A stretch of DNA of 64,000 nucleotides from an uncultured delta proteobacterium (GTDB lineage: Bacteria > Myxococcota_A > Polyangia > Polyangiales > Polyangiaceae). This document shows, one piece after another, positions 9,335-19,188 of this stretch (position 1 is the stretch's first letter; every line of letters begins with the position of its first letter). Both the position numbers and the translations under genes were made by a program. Location of the stretch: the NCBI GenBank assembly GCA_963841435.1, contig CAWJCS010000005.1, positions 1,344,001 through 1,408,000 of the forward strand. Reading direction: 5' to 3'. Under the pieces are notes generated by a model. The model was given only the letters and a program-made list of their open reading frames with translations, had not been told where the DNA came from and did not search any database.

Positions 9335-11630
9335 GCGGGCGGAGTGGCCGGATCTCGCTCCGCTCCTCGAAGGCCTCGACGACAACAGCGCGGAATTCGA
9401 GCCGCTCCGTTTTTTCTGCGACCAAGCAGCGGACGCGGAAGCACTGAAACGGCTGCTACTGGGCAAGGGGCGGCCGCTTTTTCGTCGCGACGACCTCGAG
9501 AGCCAGGTCCGCGAGCTTGTCCGCTCCCGTACACCGACCCTCACGGACGCCTCCAAGCTGGACGCGGCGGCGCGGGAGTTCATGCTCGAGCGCGGTGAGG
9601 CACGTTACGGCGTGTGGGTCTACTACCCATGGCGCCGTCTGCTCGTGCGTGTCCTGCCGCCGGAGGAGTTCGCGGAGCTTCGAACGACGCGCAACCGCTT
9701 CAAGATCACTCGAGAAGAGCAGGCGCGTCTCGCCGAATGCACGCTGGGCCTGGTGGGGCTCTCTGCGGGTCACGCCATCGCGACGGGCCTGGCGCTCGAG
9801 CGGATAGGCACGCGCATTCGACTCGCGGACTTCGACTCCATGGAGCTTTCCAACACCAATCGCGTCGCGTGCGGCATCAGCGTGCTCGGGATGAACAAGA
9901 CGCTGGTGGCGGCGCGACAGCTCTATGAAATCGACCCGTTCCTCTCCTTGTCGGTATTTCCCGAGGGGATCACCGACGACAACCTCGTAACGTTCCTCGA
10001 GGGCGGCGGTAAGGTCGATCTTCTGATCGAAGAGTGCGACGATCTGGAGCAGAAGGTCCGGCTCCGCGAGGCGGCGCGCGCCCGGCGGATCCCGGTGCTC
10101 ATGGAGACCAACGACCGAGGGCTTTTGGACGTGGAGCGCTTCGACTTGGAGCCGTCGCGCCCCGTGTTTCACGGGTTGCTCGGAGGCACGCGGGCAGCTG
10201 AGCTGAAAGGCCTGGGCGTGGCGGAAAAGATCACCCACTCGCTACGCATCGTGGGCAGCGAGGTCTCGCCACGCCTCGGGGCGTCGCTCGTCGAGATCGG
10301 ACGGACGATCGCGGCTTGGCCGCAGCTGGGATCAGGGAACATGCTCGGCGGCGCCGTCACGACGCACGCGGCCCGCCGGATTCTACTGGGCCAACCGCTT
10401 TCATCGGGGCGCTACCGAGTGGACCTCGACGAGCTCCTGGATGGATCCGGCCGCGTCGAGCTCGGACGCGAAGTGGGCCAACCGCCAGAACCTGCGGGCA
10501 CCGAAGCGCAACCCTCTGTGCCCGATCCACCGCCGCCTGCGGCGCGCGGGGCACCGCCGTCGCGCGCCGAGATCGAGTGGCTGGTGAGCCACGCGGCGCT
10601 CGCGCCGTCCGGCGGCAACCAGCAGCCGTGGCGCTTCGTCTGGCGCAAGGACGCGCGACTCGACGGCTACCTCGACCGCACCCGCGCCGGAGACCTGCTC
10701 GACTATGCGTGCTCGGCCAGCTACCTCGCGCTGGGAGCCGCCGCGGAGAACGCCAGCATCGCCGCCAGTGTCCTCGGGCGTGACGCGAGCGTCAACCTCT
10801 TTCCAGACGCTTCCGAACCCGACCTGGTGTTTCGTCTGAAGCTCGGGCAAGCCTCCGGCACCGTGACGCCTAGTCCGCTCCACGCTTGCCTTGCGATGCG
10901 CACCACCAACCGCCGCCCCGGCGACGGTCGATCGCTCTCCGCGGACCACACGCGGCGCCTCGAGCAGGCCGCACGCGCACGCGATGCCGAGGTTTCGTTG
11001 GTATGCGACGCGCCCACCCTGTCACGGCTCGGCGGATTGCTCGGCGCCGTCGATCGGTTTCGCCTCCTCAACGAGGGCCTGTACGAGGCCATGATGGCAG
11101 AGCTGCGCTGGGATCTCGACTCTGTGCTCACGACACGCGACGGCATCGACGTGGCGACCCTGGAGCTCGATGCGCTCGGGCTCGCCGCATTGCGACTCCT
11201 GACCGACGCGCGCACCGCGCGGTTCCTTCACTTTCTAGATCTCGGTTCCGGGCTCGAACGGCCGACACAGCGCCTCGTCGAGTCGGCGGCCGCCGTGGGG
11301 CTCGTCACCGTGAACGGGGTCGGCCCGCGCGCCTACGCGCAGGCCGGTCGGGCCTTCGAGCACGTCTGGCTGGTCGCGACCGAGCTAGGTCTCGGCGTGC
11401 AACCGATGACGGTCGCTCCCTACCTGTTCGCCAGGCTCACGCGAGGCGAGGGGGAAGGGCTTTCCCCTCGTGATGTCGAGCACCTCTGGACCCTCGAGCG
11501 GCGCTTCCGCGAGTTCTTTCCGACGCCGGATGGACGCGCCGAAGCGATGTTGTTTAGGATCGCGCACGCGCCTGCCCCACGAGCACGCGCCTTGCGGCGC
11601 CCCCTCGACGACATCCTGAGCGAGAGCTGA
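9327..11630 (+). CDS. ThiF-nitroreductase di-domain enzyme (Rv1355c/OxzB oxazolone synthetase-like)
   Basis: WVYYPWR, RNRFKITREEQ, VGLSAG, RLADFD...SNTNR, EECDD, DVERFD and WPQL in the ThiF part; APSGGNQQPWRF, RTTNR and LGVQPM in the nitroreductase part. Overlaps the upstream stop codon. Confidence 0.9.
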   Translation: MAERAEWPDLAPLLEGLDDNSAEFEPLRFFCDQAADAEALKRLLLGKGRPLFRRDDLESQVRELVRSRTPTLTDASKLDAAAREFMLERGEARYGVWVYYPWRRLLVRVLPPEEFAELRTTRNRFKITREEQARLAECTLGLVGLSAGHAIATGLALERIGTRIRLADFDSMELSNTNRVACGISVLGMNKTLVAARQLYEIDPFLSLSVFPEGITDDNLVTFLEGGGKVDLLIEECDDLEQKVRLREAARARRIPVLMETNDRGLLDVERFDLEPSRPVFHGLLGGTRAAELKGLGVAEKITHSLRIVGSEVSPRLGASLVEIGRTIAAWPQLGSGNMLGGAVTTHAARRILLGQPLSSGRYRVDLDELLDGSGRVELGREVGQPPEPAGTEAQPSVPDPPPPAARGAPPSRAEIEWLVSHAALAPSGGNQQPWRFVWRKDARLDGYLDRTRAGDLLDYACSASYLALGAAAENASIAASVLGRDASVNLFPDASEPDLVFRLKLGQASGTVTPSPLHACLAMRTTNRRPGDGRSLSADHTRRLEQAARARDAEVSLVCDAPTLSRLGGLLGAVDRFRLLNEGLYEAMMAELRWDLDSVLTTRDGIDVATLELDALGLAALRLLTDARTARFLHFLDLGSGLERPTQRLVESAAAVGLVTVNGVGPRAYAQAGRAFEHVWLVATELGLGVQPMTVAPYLFARLTRGEGEGLSPRDVEHLWTLERRFREFFPTPDGRAEAMLFRIAHAPAPRARALRRPLDDILSES

Positions 11631-11635
11631 AACCG

Positions 11636-14279
11636 ATGGAGCTCATCGGGAGCCTACTCATCGTTTACGCAGGCGTGCTCTCGATCAACGTCGGGCTTTC
11701 CGCACTGCTGTGGGCGCGCGATCGCACGCCTCTCAATCGGAGCCTGCTGATCCTGTGGGCTTCCGAGGTGCTCGCGTTTCTCGCCCAAGGCGTGGCGCAA
11801 GGCAACACGCTCGCAATCGTCTACGGGTTTTCAGCAACCTTCGTAGGCACCCTCGCGGCGGCATTTCTCTTGGCGCGCCTCGCCGGGCTCACCGTGCCGT
11901 GGCGCGCCCACACCGCATTCTTCGCGTTGAGCTGCTTGGCGAGCGCGGGCGCATACGCGTTGGGTGGGTCGTTCTGGATGGTCGCGCTGCCGGTGTGCGT
12001 GGCCGTCGCCATGCCGCAGCTCCACGCCGCGCTCCGGGCACTTCAGACGAAAGTGCTGACCACGACCGGACGTGCACTGGCCGTGACGTGCCTGGCACTT
12101 TCCGCCCACAACGTGGACTTCGCCTTCCTCAGGAATCGCCCCGAGTTCGCGGTTTTCGGCTTCATCATCGCCATTCTTCTGGCCTTTGCCCTCAGCACCA
12201 CGGCGCCAGCCGTCGTGCTGGAGCGCGTGGCCGCGGAGCGTGCCCGGGTGGAGGAGCTCGAGCGCTTCAAGTCCAAGTTTTTCGCCAACATCACGCACGA
12301 GCTTAAGACACCGCTCACGATGGTTCTCGCCCCGATCGAGCTTCTGCTCGACGGCGAGATCGGAGTGATCACGCCGCAGCAGCGCAGCACGCTGCTCGCC
12401 ATGTCGCGCAGCGGCGTCAAGCTCCTCAAGCTGATCGGGGACCTCCTCGATCTATCGAAGCTCGAGGAATCGCGTTTGCGTCTGCGCGTGGAGGAGCACG
12501 ACCTCGTCGTCTACCTGCGTGGGCTGCTCGAACAGACCACACCGCTCGCAGAGCGCAAGCGCCTCGGGCTGACCTTCGTTGCAAACTGCGAGGAAGCGCG
12601 CGTGTTCTGCGATCTCGATCGACTGGAGCGCGTGTTCGTCAACCTGCTTTCGAATGCGTTCAAGTTCACGCCCATGGGTGGATCCGTGATCGTGCGCGTC
12701 CGCGACGATGGCAACGCCATCGTGGCCGATGTGCACGACACCGGTCGCGGCTTTGCCCCGCGGCTGTCCGAACGCTTGTTCGAGCGATTCTACCAGGTCG
12801 ACGACGACACCCACAGTCGAGGAGGTGCCGGTATCGGGCTCGCGCTCGCCCGCGAACTCGTCGAGCTGCACGGGGGCAGGATCTGGGCCGACAGCGTGCC
12901 CGGAGAAGGGGCCACGTTCCACGTTAGGCTGCTAAAAGGCCGGGAGCATTTCGACCAGGCGGTGCTCGATCGACGCGAGCGCCGGACCGACCAGCAACGC
13001 GGCCAGCGCGAGAGCGATGTGGGGCTCTCCGGCTGGGATGTCGGATTCGAGGACCGGCATCGTTTCATCGACCTCGACCATGCCACCGAGAAGCGTGTCG
13101 TCCAGCGCGACCTCGACGAGCACCGGCGCGCCCACACGGTGCTCGTCGTCGAGGACACCCCTGACGTCGTGCGCGTGATCCACCTTGCCCTGCACCAGCA
13201 CTTCCGGATCTACAGCGCTCCCGATGGCGCCAAGGGCTTCGATCTCGCCGTCGAGCGCCGACCCACGCTCATCATCACCGATCTCGGCATGCCCATCGTC
13301 AACGGTCTCGAGCTGACGCGCAAGCTGCGCGCGGACCCGAGGACGCGCCACACGCCGATCGTCATGCTGACGGCGCGCACCGACCTCGACGACCGGGTCC
13401 TCGGCCTCGACACGGGGGTCAACGCGTACCTCACCAAGCCCTTCGCCCCGCGGGAGCTGCTCTCGACGGTCCGTTCGCTCTTGAGCACTCAGGAGCACAC
13501 GGCAGAGCTTCTGCTCAGTCAGCAAACCACGTCGCTCGAATCGATCGCCGGTGGCTTGGCTCACGAGATCAAGAACCCGCTCAATTACATCAAGAACGCC
13601 GTCGCAAGCATCCAGCGCGACGTCCAGGGCTCCGTGGAAAAGCTCAAGGCAGGAAAGCCGCTGTCCGACGCCGAGCAGGCCGAGCTCGGCAAGGTCGCCG
13701 GTCGGCTCGGTCGCATGGCGGACACGGCGCAGTCCGGCGTGAAGCGCATCACCGGCACGGTTGACCTCATGCTGCGCTATGCGCGCGAGGGCTACACGCG
13801 CGTGCACCAGCCGTACGACGTGTACGCCGCCATCAGCGACGTGCTCGGCGTCGTCGTCCCGGCGACGGGGTCGCGCGCACGGATCGAAACCACGCTCCAG
13901 GACGACGGCACGATCGAGTGCGTGCCTGACGAGCTGAATCAGATCGCGACCAACCTGATCCAGAACGCACTCGAGGCGGTACCCGCCGAGAACGGCGTCG
14001 TCGCGATCGGGGGGCGCGTTCAACGGCGGCGACCTCGTGCTCACGTTCCGCGACAATGGAGTCGGCATGTCGCCCGAGGTGCAGAGCCAGATCTTCACGG
14101 CGTTTTTCACCACCAAGGACGTCGGCCGCGGCCTCGGCATGGGCCTCACCATCACGCGGCGCTGCGTCGTAGCGCTCGGCGGAGCGATCAGCGTGCAGAG
14201 CCAGCTCGGCGAGGGGACCGAGTTCACCGTGCGTTTGCCCCGCAAACCGCGGCTCGGCGTGCCCGCGCCGGCCCCCTGA
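11636..14279 (+). CDS. membrane hybrid histidine kinase (multi-TM input, HisKA-HATPase-REC-HisKA-HATPase); single-base frameshift near 14020
   Basis: About 6-7 hydrophobic helices, then ITHELKTPL, NLLSNAFKFT, GAGIGL, REC (TDLGMP, TKPF) and a second H-box AHEIKNPL. The final RDNGVG...GLGMGL continues in ORF 14037..14279. Confidence 0.9.
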
Positions 14280-14364
14280 CACGCCTCGCGGGTGCTGCCC
14301 CGGCGCGGGGCAGGTGCTCGAGTAGCGTCGATTTTTGGCGCTCATCGCGTAGAATGGTTGAGCT

Positions 14365-15450
14365 GTGGGCCTTCTGTCCGATGGCGACCCGCATTCGGTG
14401 GGCTCGTCAACCGATTTTGCGAGCGGTGAACGCGCACCAGGGCTCCGCCCTGTTCCGCGCAACCGCGCCACTTCGCAGCGCGCCCTGGGGCCTTTTGCGA
14501 CGACGCTGCTCGTGGGTTCGATCGCCACGGCGGCCTGCTCTTTGATCACGCCGCTCGACTTCACGGGCGGCCTGGGGGGGACGAGCGGCAGCGCGGGCAC
14601 TGGCGCGACCGAAGGCGGCGCCCTGGGCGAGGGCGGCGAAGGCGAGGGCGCAACCGGCGGTGGCGGTACGCCCGCGCTCGGCGGCAACGGGGGGGCGACC
14701 GCGGGGGGGCGTGGCGGCGGTGCCGGAGAGGCCGGGCGCGGTGGTGACGGCGCGACGGGCGGCGACGGCGGTTCGAGCGCGACGGGCGGCAGCAGCGGCG
14801 ACGGCGGCAACGGGGGCACGAGCGGCGACGGCGGCTCGTCCGGTGCCGGCAATGGGGGCACGAGCGGCGACGGCGGCTCGTCCGGTGCCGGCAATGGGGG
14901 TGTGGCGGGCGGTGGCAATGCCGGCATGTCCGGCGGCGGCAACGCGGGCAGCTCGGGCGCCGGCGACGGTGGCACCGCTGGCGCCCCCCCCACCTCGTGC
15001 TCGATGGTCGACGCGAACGCCAAGGCGTTTGGAGGTCACTGCTACCTGCTCGTGACCACACCCACGACCTGGCCGCAGGCACGCACGGCGTGCCCGGCCC
15101 GCTATGCAGGGGGTCACCTCGTGACGATCACGTCCGAGTCAGAGCAAATGTTCGTCTGGCAGACGGTCGTGCTCGGCGGCACCGAACCTTGGCTCGGATG
15201 CACCGACGGCCTCACGGACATGCAAGCCGGGGACGGCTCCATCTTCGAGTGGATCACGGGTGAGGACATCCAGCAATATCACGGCTGGGCGGGCGGCGAG
15301 CCGAACAACTTCATGAAGACCTGCCCGTCGGGCACGGGCACCTGCTACGAGCACTGCGGCTTTTTGCAGTCTTTGACGCAAGGCTACTGGAACGACGAAG
15401 TCTGCAGCGCGAACAAAGCGTCTATTTGCGAGTGGGACACCGGCGGCTAG
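14365..15450 (+). CDS. C-type lectin domain lipoprotein with Gly-rich linker
   Basis: TAAC lipobox, HCY, WPQARTAC, HLVTITSESEQ, WLG, EPNN, and C...WNDEVC...ICE. Start uncertain. Confidence 0.85.
   Translation: MGLLSDGDPHSVGSSTDFASGERAPGLRPVPRNRATSQRALGPFATTLLVGSIATAACSLITPLDFTGGLGGTSGSAGTGATEGGALGEGGEGEGATGGGGTPALGGNGGATAGGRGGGAGEAGRGGDGATGGDGGSSATGGSSGDGGNGGTSGDGGSSGAGNGGTSGDGGSSGAGNGGVAGGGNAGMSGGGNAGSSGAGDGGTAGAPPTSCSMVDANAKAFGGHCYLLVTTPTTWPQARTACPARYAGGHLVTITSESEQMFVWQTVVLGGTEPWLGCTDGLTDMQAGDGSIFEWITGEDIQQYHGWAGGEPNNFMKTCPSGTGTCYEHCGFLQSLTQGYWNDEVCSANKASICEWDTGG
14806..14889 (+). repeat. 42-bp tandem coding repeat (GNGGTSGDGGSSGA x2)
   Basis: Two units at 14806-14847 and 14848-14889 differing by one base. 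Confidence 0.9.
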
Positions 15451-15649
15451 TCGCGCCCACGCTCACCGTCGATTGAACGCTGCCCCGGCCGGCGCCCCGG
15501 CCGCGACCGCGAGCGAGCCGGCGCCGATCGGGGGCGTCGGGCTTCTCGCACACCGACACTGCGAGTCGCGCGTTTCGAGTCGTCGAACGATACGACGGGT
15601 CTCGCTGGAAGAAATGAGAAGCAGAGCGAGGGCATCGTCGGAAAGTCAC

Positions 15650-15677
15650 TTTGGGCGAATGCGTTTGGGCGAATGCG
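15650..15677. repeat. perfect 14-bp tandem repeat upstream of the GH6 gene
   Basis: TTTGGGCGAATGCG x2, with a further CGAATGCG core near 15727. Confidence 0.8.
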
Positions 15678-15815
15678 ATGTTCCTCTGAACAAATACTCA
15701 TCCCGATTTCCCTTGGCGCAAGCGGCCGAATGCGGCAAGAGCAGTGACGACTCATCTGGGAGGGGCTGGGTGGTCGAGGATGAGTGTTCGTTTACAAGCC
15801 ACAAAAGGAAACACA

Positions 15816-17138
15816 ATGTCTTCGCGACCCACACACACCGCCAAGCTGGGGCAGCTGGCGGTCGCAGCCGTCGTCCTCGCGGGCTGCGGCGCAAGCCCCG
15901 GCGAGCCTTTCGATTCCGCCGAAGAGCCCCTGACGCTCACCAACGAGACGAAGCTCTTCATTCCCAAGCCGAACCCCGATGCCGTCAAGCAGATCGCCAG
16001 GTTGAAGGCACGCCACCGTAGGGTCGAGGCCGCCCGCATCAATCACATGATCGAAACGCCGCAGGCGGTGTGGCTAACCAACGGCTCGCGTGGGGACGTG
16101 GTCGCTCAAACGCGAGAGGTCGTCAGGCTTGCCGACGACAAGGGCCGGGTGCCCGTGCTCGTGGCCTACAACATCCCGTTCCGCGATTGCTCGCAGTTCT
16201 CCGCCGGCGGCGCCACCACCAAGGAAGAATACCATGCGTGGGTTGACGGCATTGCCGACGGCATCGGGCGTAAGGACGCCATCGTGATTCTCGAGCCGGA
16301 CAGCCTCGGCATCATTCCCTGGTACAACCCGCTCGCCGATCGCGACGACTGGCTGCCCGATCCCAACGTGCTCGAGTGGTGCCAACCCACCGATGCCGAT
16401 CCTGCGACCGCGGCTCAGGACCGCTTCGACATGCTCAAGGACGCGGTCGAGACGCTGAAGAGCCTCCCCAACACGAAGGTTTACCTCGACGGCACGCACA
16501 CCGCATGGCTCGCCGCGGGTGACGCGGCCGATCGTCTGCTCCAGGCCGGCGTGACGGAGGCCGACGGCTTCTTCCTGAATGCCTCGAACTATCAGGACGA
16601 CCCGCGTCTCGAGAAGTACGGCGCGTGGGTTGCCAAGTGCATCTGGTTCGCAGATCCGACCTCCGGCTCCTGGGGCGCTGGCCACGCCGAGTGGTGCAAC
16701 AGCCAGTACTACCCGGCAACGTTCGACGACCTGTCGACGTGGGCTCTCACCGACCAGTGGTACACCGACAACGTCGAGAGCCAGACGTGGGTGCCGTATC
16801 CGGGCGACGAAGGCATCAGCCACTTCGTCATCGATACGAGCCGCAACGGCGTCGGGCCTTGGCAGGCGACGCCCGAGCAGCTCGCGCTCGGTGACGTTCA
16901 GGATTGGTGCAACCCGCCGGGCCGTGGCCTCGGCAAGCGCCCCACCACCAACACGGGCAACCCGCTCATCGACGCGTACCTGTGGATCAAGCTGCCGGGC
17001 GAGTCCGACGGGCAGTGCAACCGCTGGGACCCCGTCGGTTCGCCGGATCCGGTGCGCAACACGATGGACCCGGCTGCGGGCGCCTGGTTCCCCCAGATGG
17101 CGCTCGAGCTGACGGCCAACGCCAATCCGCCGTTCTGA
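15816..17138 (+). CDS. GH6 cellulase (endoglucanase-type), lipoprotein
   Basis: PQAVW, YNIPFRDCSQFSAGG, ILEPDSL, VYLDG, GFFLNASNY, FVIDTSRNG, WCNPPGRGLG, WIKLPGESDGQC and AGAWF. LAGC lipobox; AAGGAA RBS. Confidence 0.95.
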   Translation: MSSRPTHTAKLGQLAVAAVVLAGCGASPGEPFDSAEEPLTLTNETKLFIPKPNPDAVKQIARLKARHRRVEAARINHMIETPQAVWLTNGSRGDVVAQTREVVRLADDKGRVPVLVAYNIPFRDCSQFSAGGATTKEEYHAWVDGIADGIGRKDAIVILEPDSLGIIPWYNPLADRDDWLPDPNVLEWCQPTDADPATAAQDRFDMLKDAVETLKSLPNTKVYLDGTHTAWLAAGDAADRLLQAGVTEADGFFLNASNYQDDPRLEKYGAWVAKCIWFADPTSGSWGAGHAEWCNSQYYPATFDDLSTWALTDQWYTDNVESQTWVPYPGDEGISHFVIDTSRNGVGPWQATPEQLALGDVQDWCNPPGRGLGKRPTTNTGNPLIDAYLWIKLPGESDGQCNRWDPVGSPDPVRNTMDPAAGAWFPQMALELTANANPPF

Positions 17139-17232
17139 CCGAACGTGACGTCAGCCGGGTCGTGGCGCTCCCGTGAACGCCACGCCCGGCTTGGTCACTC
17201 GTGCCAGGCACCGCGATGGCGAGCCGTTCGGC

Positions 17233-17772
17233 CTACGGCTTGCTCCAAGCGCGTCCCTTCCGATACTCGGCGAGCGCTGCGAGCACCACCTGGTCGGCAC
17301 GATCGCGGGAGTACAAGTCCTCGACGACGCTGAGCTTGTTTTCGAGCACCTTGTAGTCCTCGAAGAAGCGCCGGATCTCGCGCGTCGTGTGCAGGGGCAG
17401 CTCGCTCACGTCGTGCAAGTGCGCGTACGCCGGGTCGTCGATGGCCACGGCGACGATCTTGTCGTCGATGCCCTTGTCGTCCTTCATCGAAAAGCCGCCG
17501 ATCGGGCGCGCACGCACGATCGTGAGCGGCACGACCGGCTCCTGCATGAGCACGAGAATGTCCAGCGGGTCGCCGTCGTCGGCGTGTGACTGCGGAATGA
17601 AGCCGTAGTTGGCGGGGTAATGCACCGACGAGTAGAGCACCCGATCGAGCATCAACAGGCCTGTCCGCTTGTCGAGCTCGTATTTGAGCTTCGAGCCCTT
17701 GGGGATCTCGATGACCGCGGGAAGGAACTCCGCGGGGCTCTCTGGTACCAAAATGTCGTGGAGCGGGTGCAT
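17233..17772 (-). CDS. ppa: inorganic pyrophosphatase (family I)
   Basis: [37 protein letters not shown] and FFEDYK. Confidence 0.96.
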   Translation of the reverse strand: MHPLHDILVPESPAEFLPAVIEIPKGSKLKYELDKRTGLLMLDRVLYSSVHYPANYGFIPQSHADDGDPLDILVLMQEPVVPLTIVRARPIGGFSMKDDKGIDDKIVAVAIDDPAYAHLHDVSELPLHTTREIRRFFEDYKVLENKLSVVEDLYSRDRADQVVLAALAEYRKGRAWSKP

Positions 17773-17982
17773 GACGCCCGCACAAGCTTGCGCGGCGCGC
17801 ACGCGTTGGCAAGCGCGGGGCGCCGACCCCGGTGTCGGGCGCGACCCACGCGCGTGATGAACCGGAAACACACCGTCAGCCGGGCATCGGGAAGGACGCC
17901 GCCCGGCAAACAGCGCGAGAGAGATCGCCGGCGGCGGCGCGCGCGCCAAGGTCGCACGCGCGCCGCACGATCACACGCAGGT

Positions 17983-19011
17983 CTACTTGAACGCGATGGC
18001 GGCGCTCGTCGGGCCGGCGAGCGGCAGGATGCTCACGTCCTTGAAACCAGCCTGCTTGGCCCAGCGGGCGAAGTCCGACCCCGTGTAGTCGAAGCCGCCG
18101 GGCGTTTCGATCAGCATGTTGAGCGACATCAGAAGGCCGAAGGCGTTCTGGCGTCGATCGTCGTCGATGATGTTTTCGATCGCGATGAGGGCGCCGCCGC
18201 TCGGCAGCGCCGCGTACGCCGCCTTCAGGAGCGAAAGCTTCTGCTCGGAATCCCAGTCGTGCAGGACGTTGCCCATCGTGATCACGTCGGCCTTTGGCAG
18301 CGGGTCGCGGAAAAAGTCACCGCTCGCCACCTTGATGCGCTCTCCGAATCCGGCCGCCGAGACGTTGCGCTTGGCGATCGGTGCGACCGCAGGCAAGTCG
18401 AACGTCGTGAGAGCGAGCTCGGGATACTTCGACGCGAGAACGACACTGAGCGCTGCACCCGCACCGCCGGCGTCGCAAACGCTCTTTCGTTTGGAAAAGT
18501 CGAACTTCTCGGCGAGAGCCATGAAGGCGCCCATCTGCACGCCGCTCATGGCGCGGAGGAAGCCTTCGAGCCGCTGCTCATCGGCGTAGAGCGCCGCGAA
18601 GAGGTCCTCGCCGCGTTTGGCCTCGTTCTGGGGCTCGCCCGTACGGAGCGCTTCGGTGAGGGTACCCCAGAAGCCATACAGGCGGTGGTTCGCCATTTCG
18701 AGGATGCCCCCGACGTACGAACGCTTGTTGCGATCGAGGAACAGGTCTGCATCGGGGGCGTTCTGATACGTCCCGGAGAAACTCGGCCCCGAGCGCTCGA
18801 GCATGCCGATGGCGACGAGCGCGTCGAGAAAATCGGCCGCCGAGCGCGCGTGGAGCCCGAGCTCCTTCTGGATGACGGGGCCCGTCTTCGGCTCCTTGGC
18901 AAGCAACGTGAAAAGGCCGAGCTCGACCGCCGACAAGAACGTCTTGGTCGCGAAAAAGCCCGTGCCGAGTTGGAGAATGCGGCCTGGATCGAGGTGCGTG
19001 TGCGTGGACAT
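17983..19011 (-). CDS. SAM-dependent O-methyltransferase (methyltransf_2 with dimerisation domain)
   Basis: SAVELGLF, DAGGAGA, FDLP, GDFF, GNVLHDW and LMSLNMLIET. GGAG RBS. Confidence 0.92.
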   Translation of the reverse strand: MSTHTHLDPGRILQLGTGFFATKTFLSAVELGLFTLLAKEPKTGPVIQKELGLHARSAADFLDALVAIGMLERSGPSFSGTYQNAPDADLFLDRNKRSYVGGILEMANHRLYGFWGTLTEALRTGEPQNEAKRGEDLFAALYADEQRLEGFLRAMSGVQMGAFMALAEKFDFSKRKSVCDAGGAGAALSVVLASKYPELALTTFDLPAVAPIAKRNVSAAGFGERIKVASGDFFRDPLPKADVITMGNVLHDWDSEQKLSLLKAAYAALPSGGALIAIENIIDDDRRQNAFGLLMSLNMLIETPGGFDYTGSDFARWAKQAGFKDVSILPLAGPTSAAIAFK

Positions 19012-19188
19012 CGGTGAAGCTCCTTGGAGTGCGACCAAAAGTGCGCGCCCCGAAGAGAGGTGTACCGAGTTGCGGACGGCGAGAACGCTAAGAGATGGGC
19101 AACCAAGTTGCTAAATGAATGCTAAGAGCGGCGCCGCGACGCCGGACTCCACCAGCGCCGAGACGAGCGGGCGTCTATTTCTGCGCCT

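Noticed and set aside
9327-11630. ThiF gene as a CBASS, ubiquitin-like or RiPP system component
   Set aside because: No cyclase, JAB, ubiquitin-like protein, YcaO or precursor peptide is nearby, and the nitroreductase fusion fits the OxzB/Rv1355c family better.
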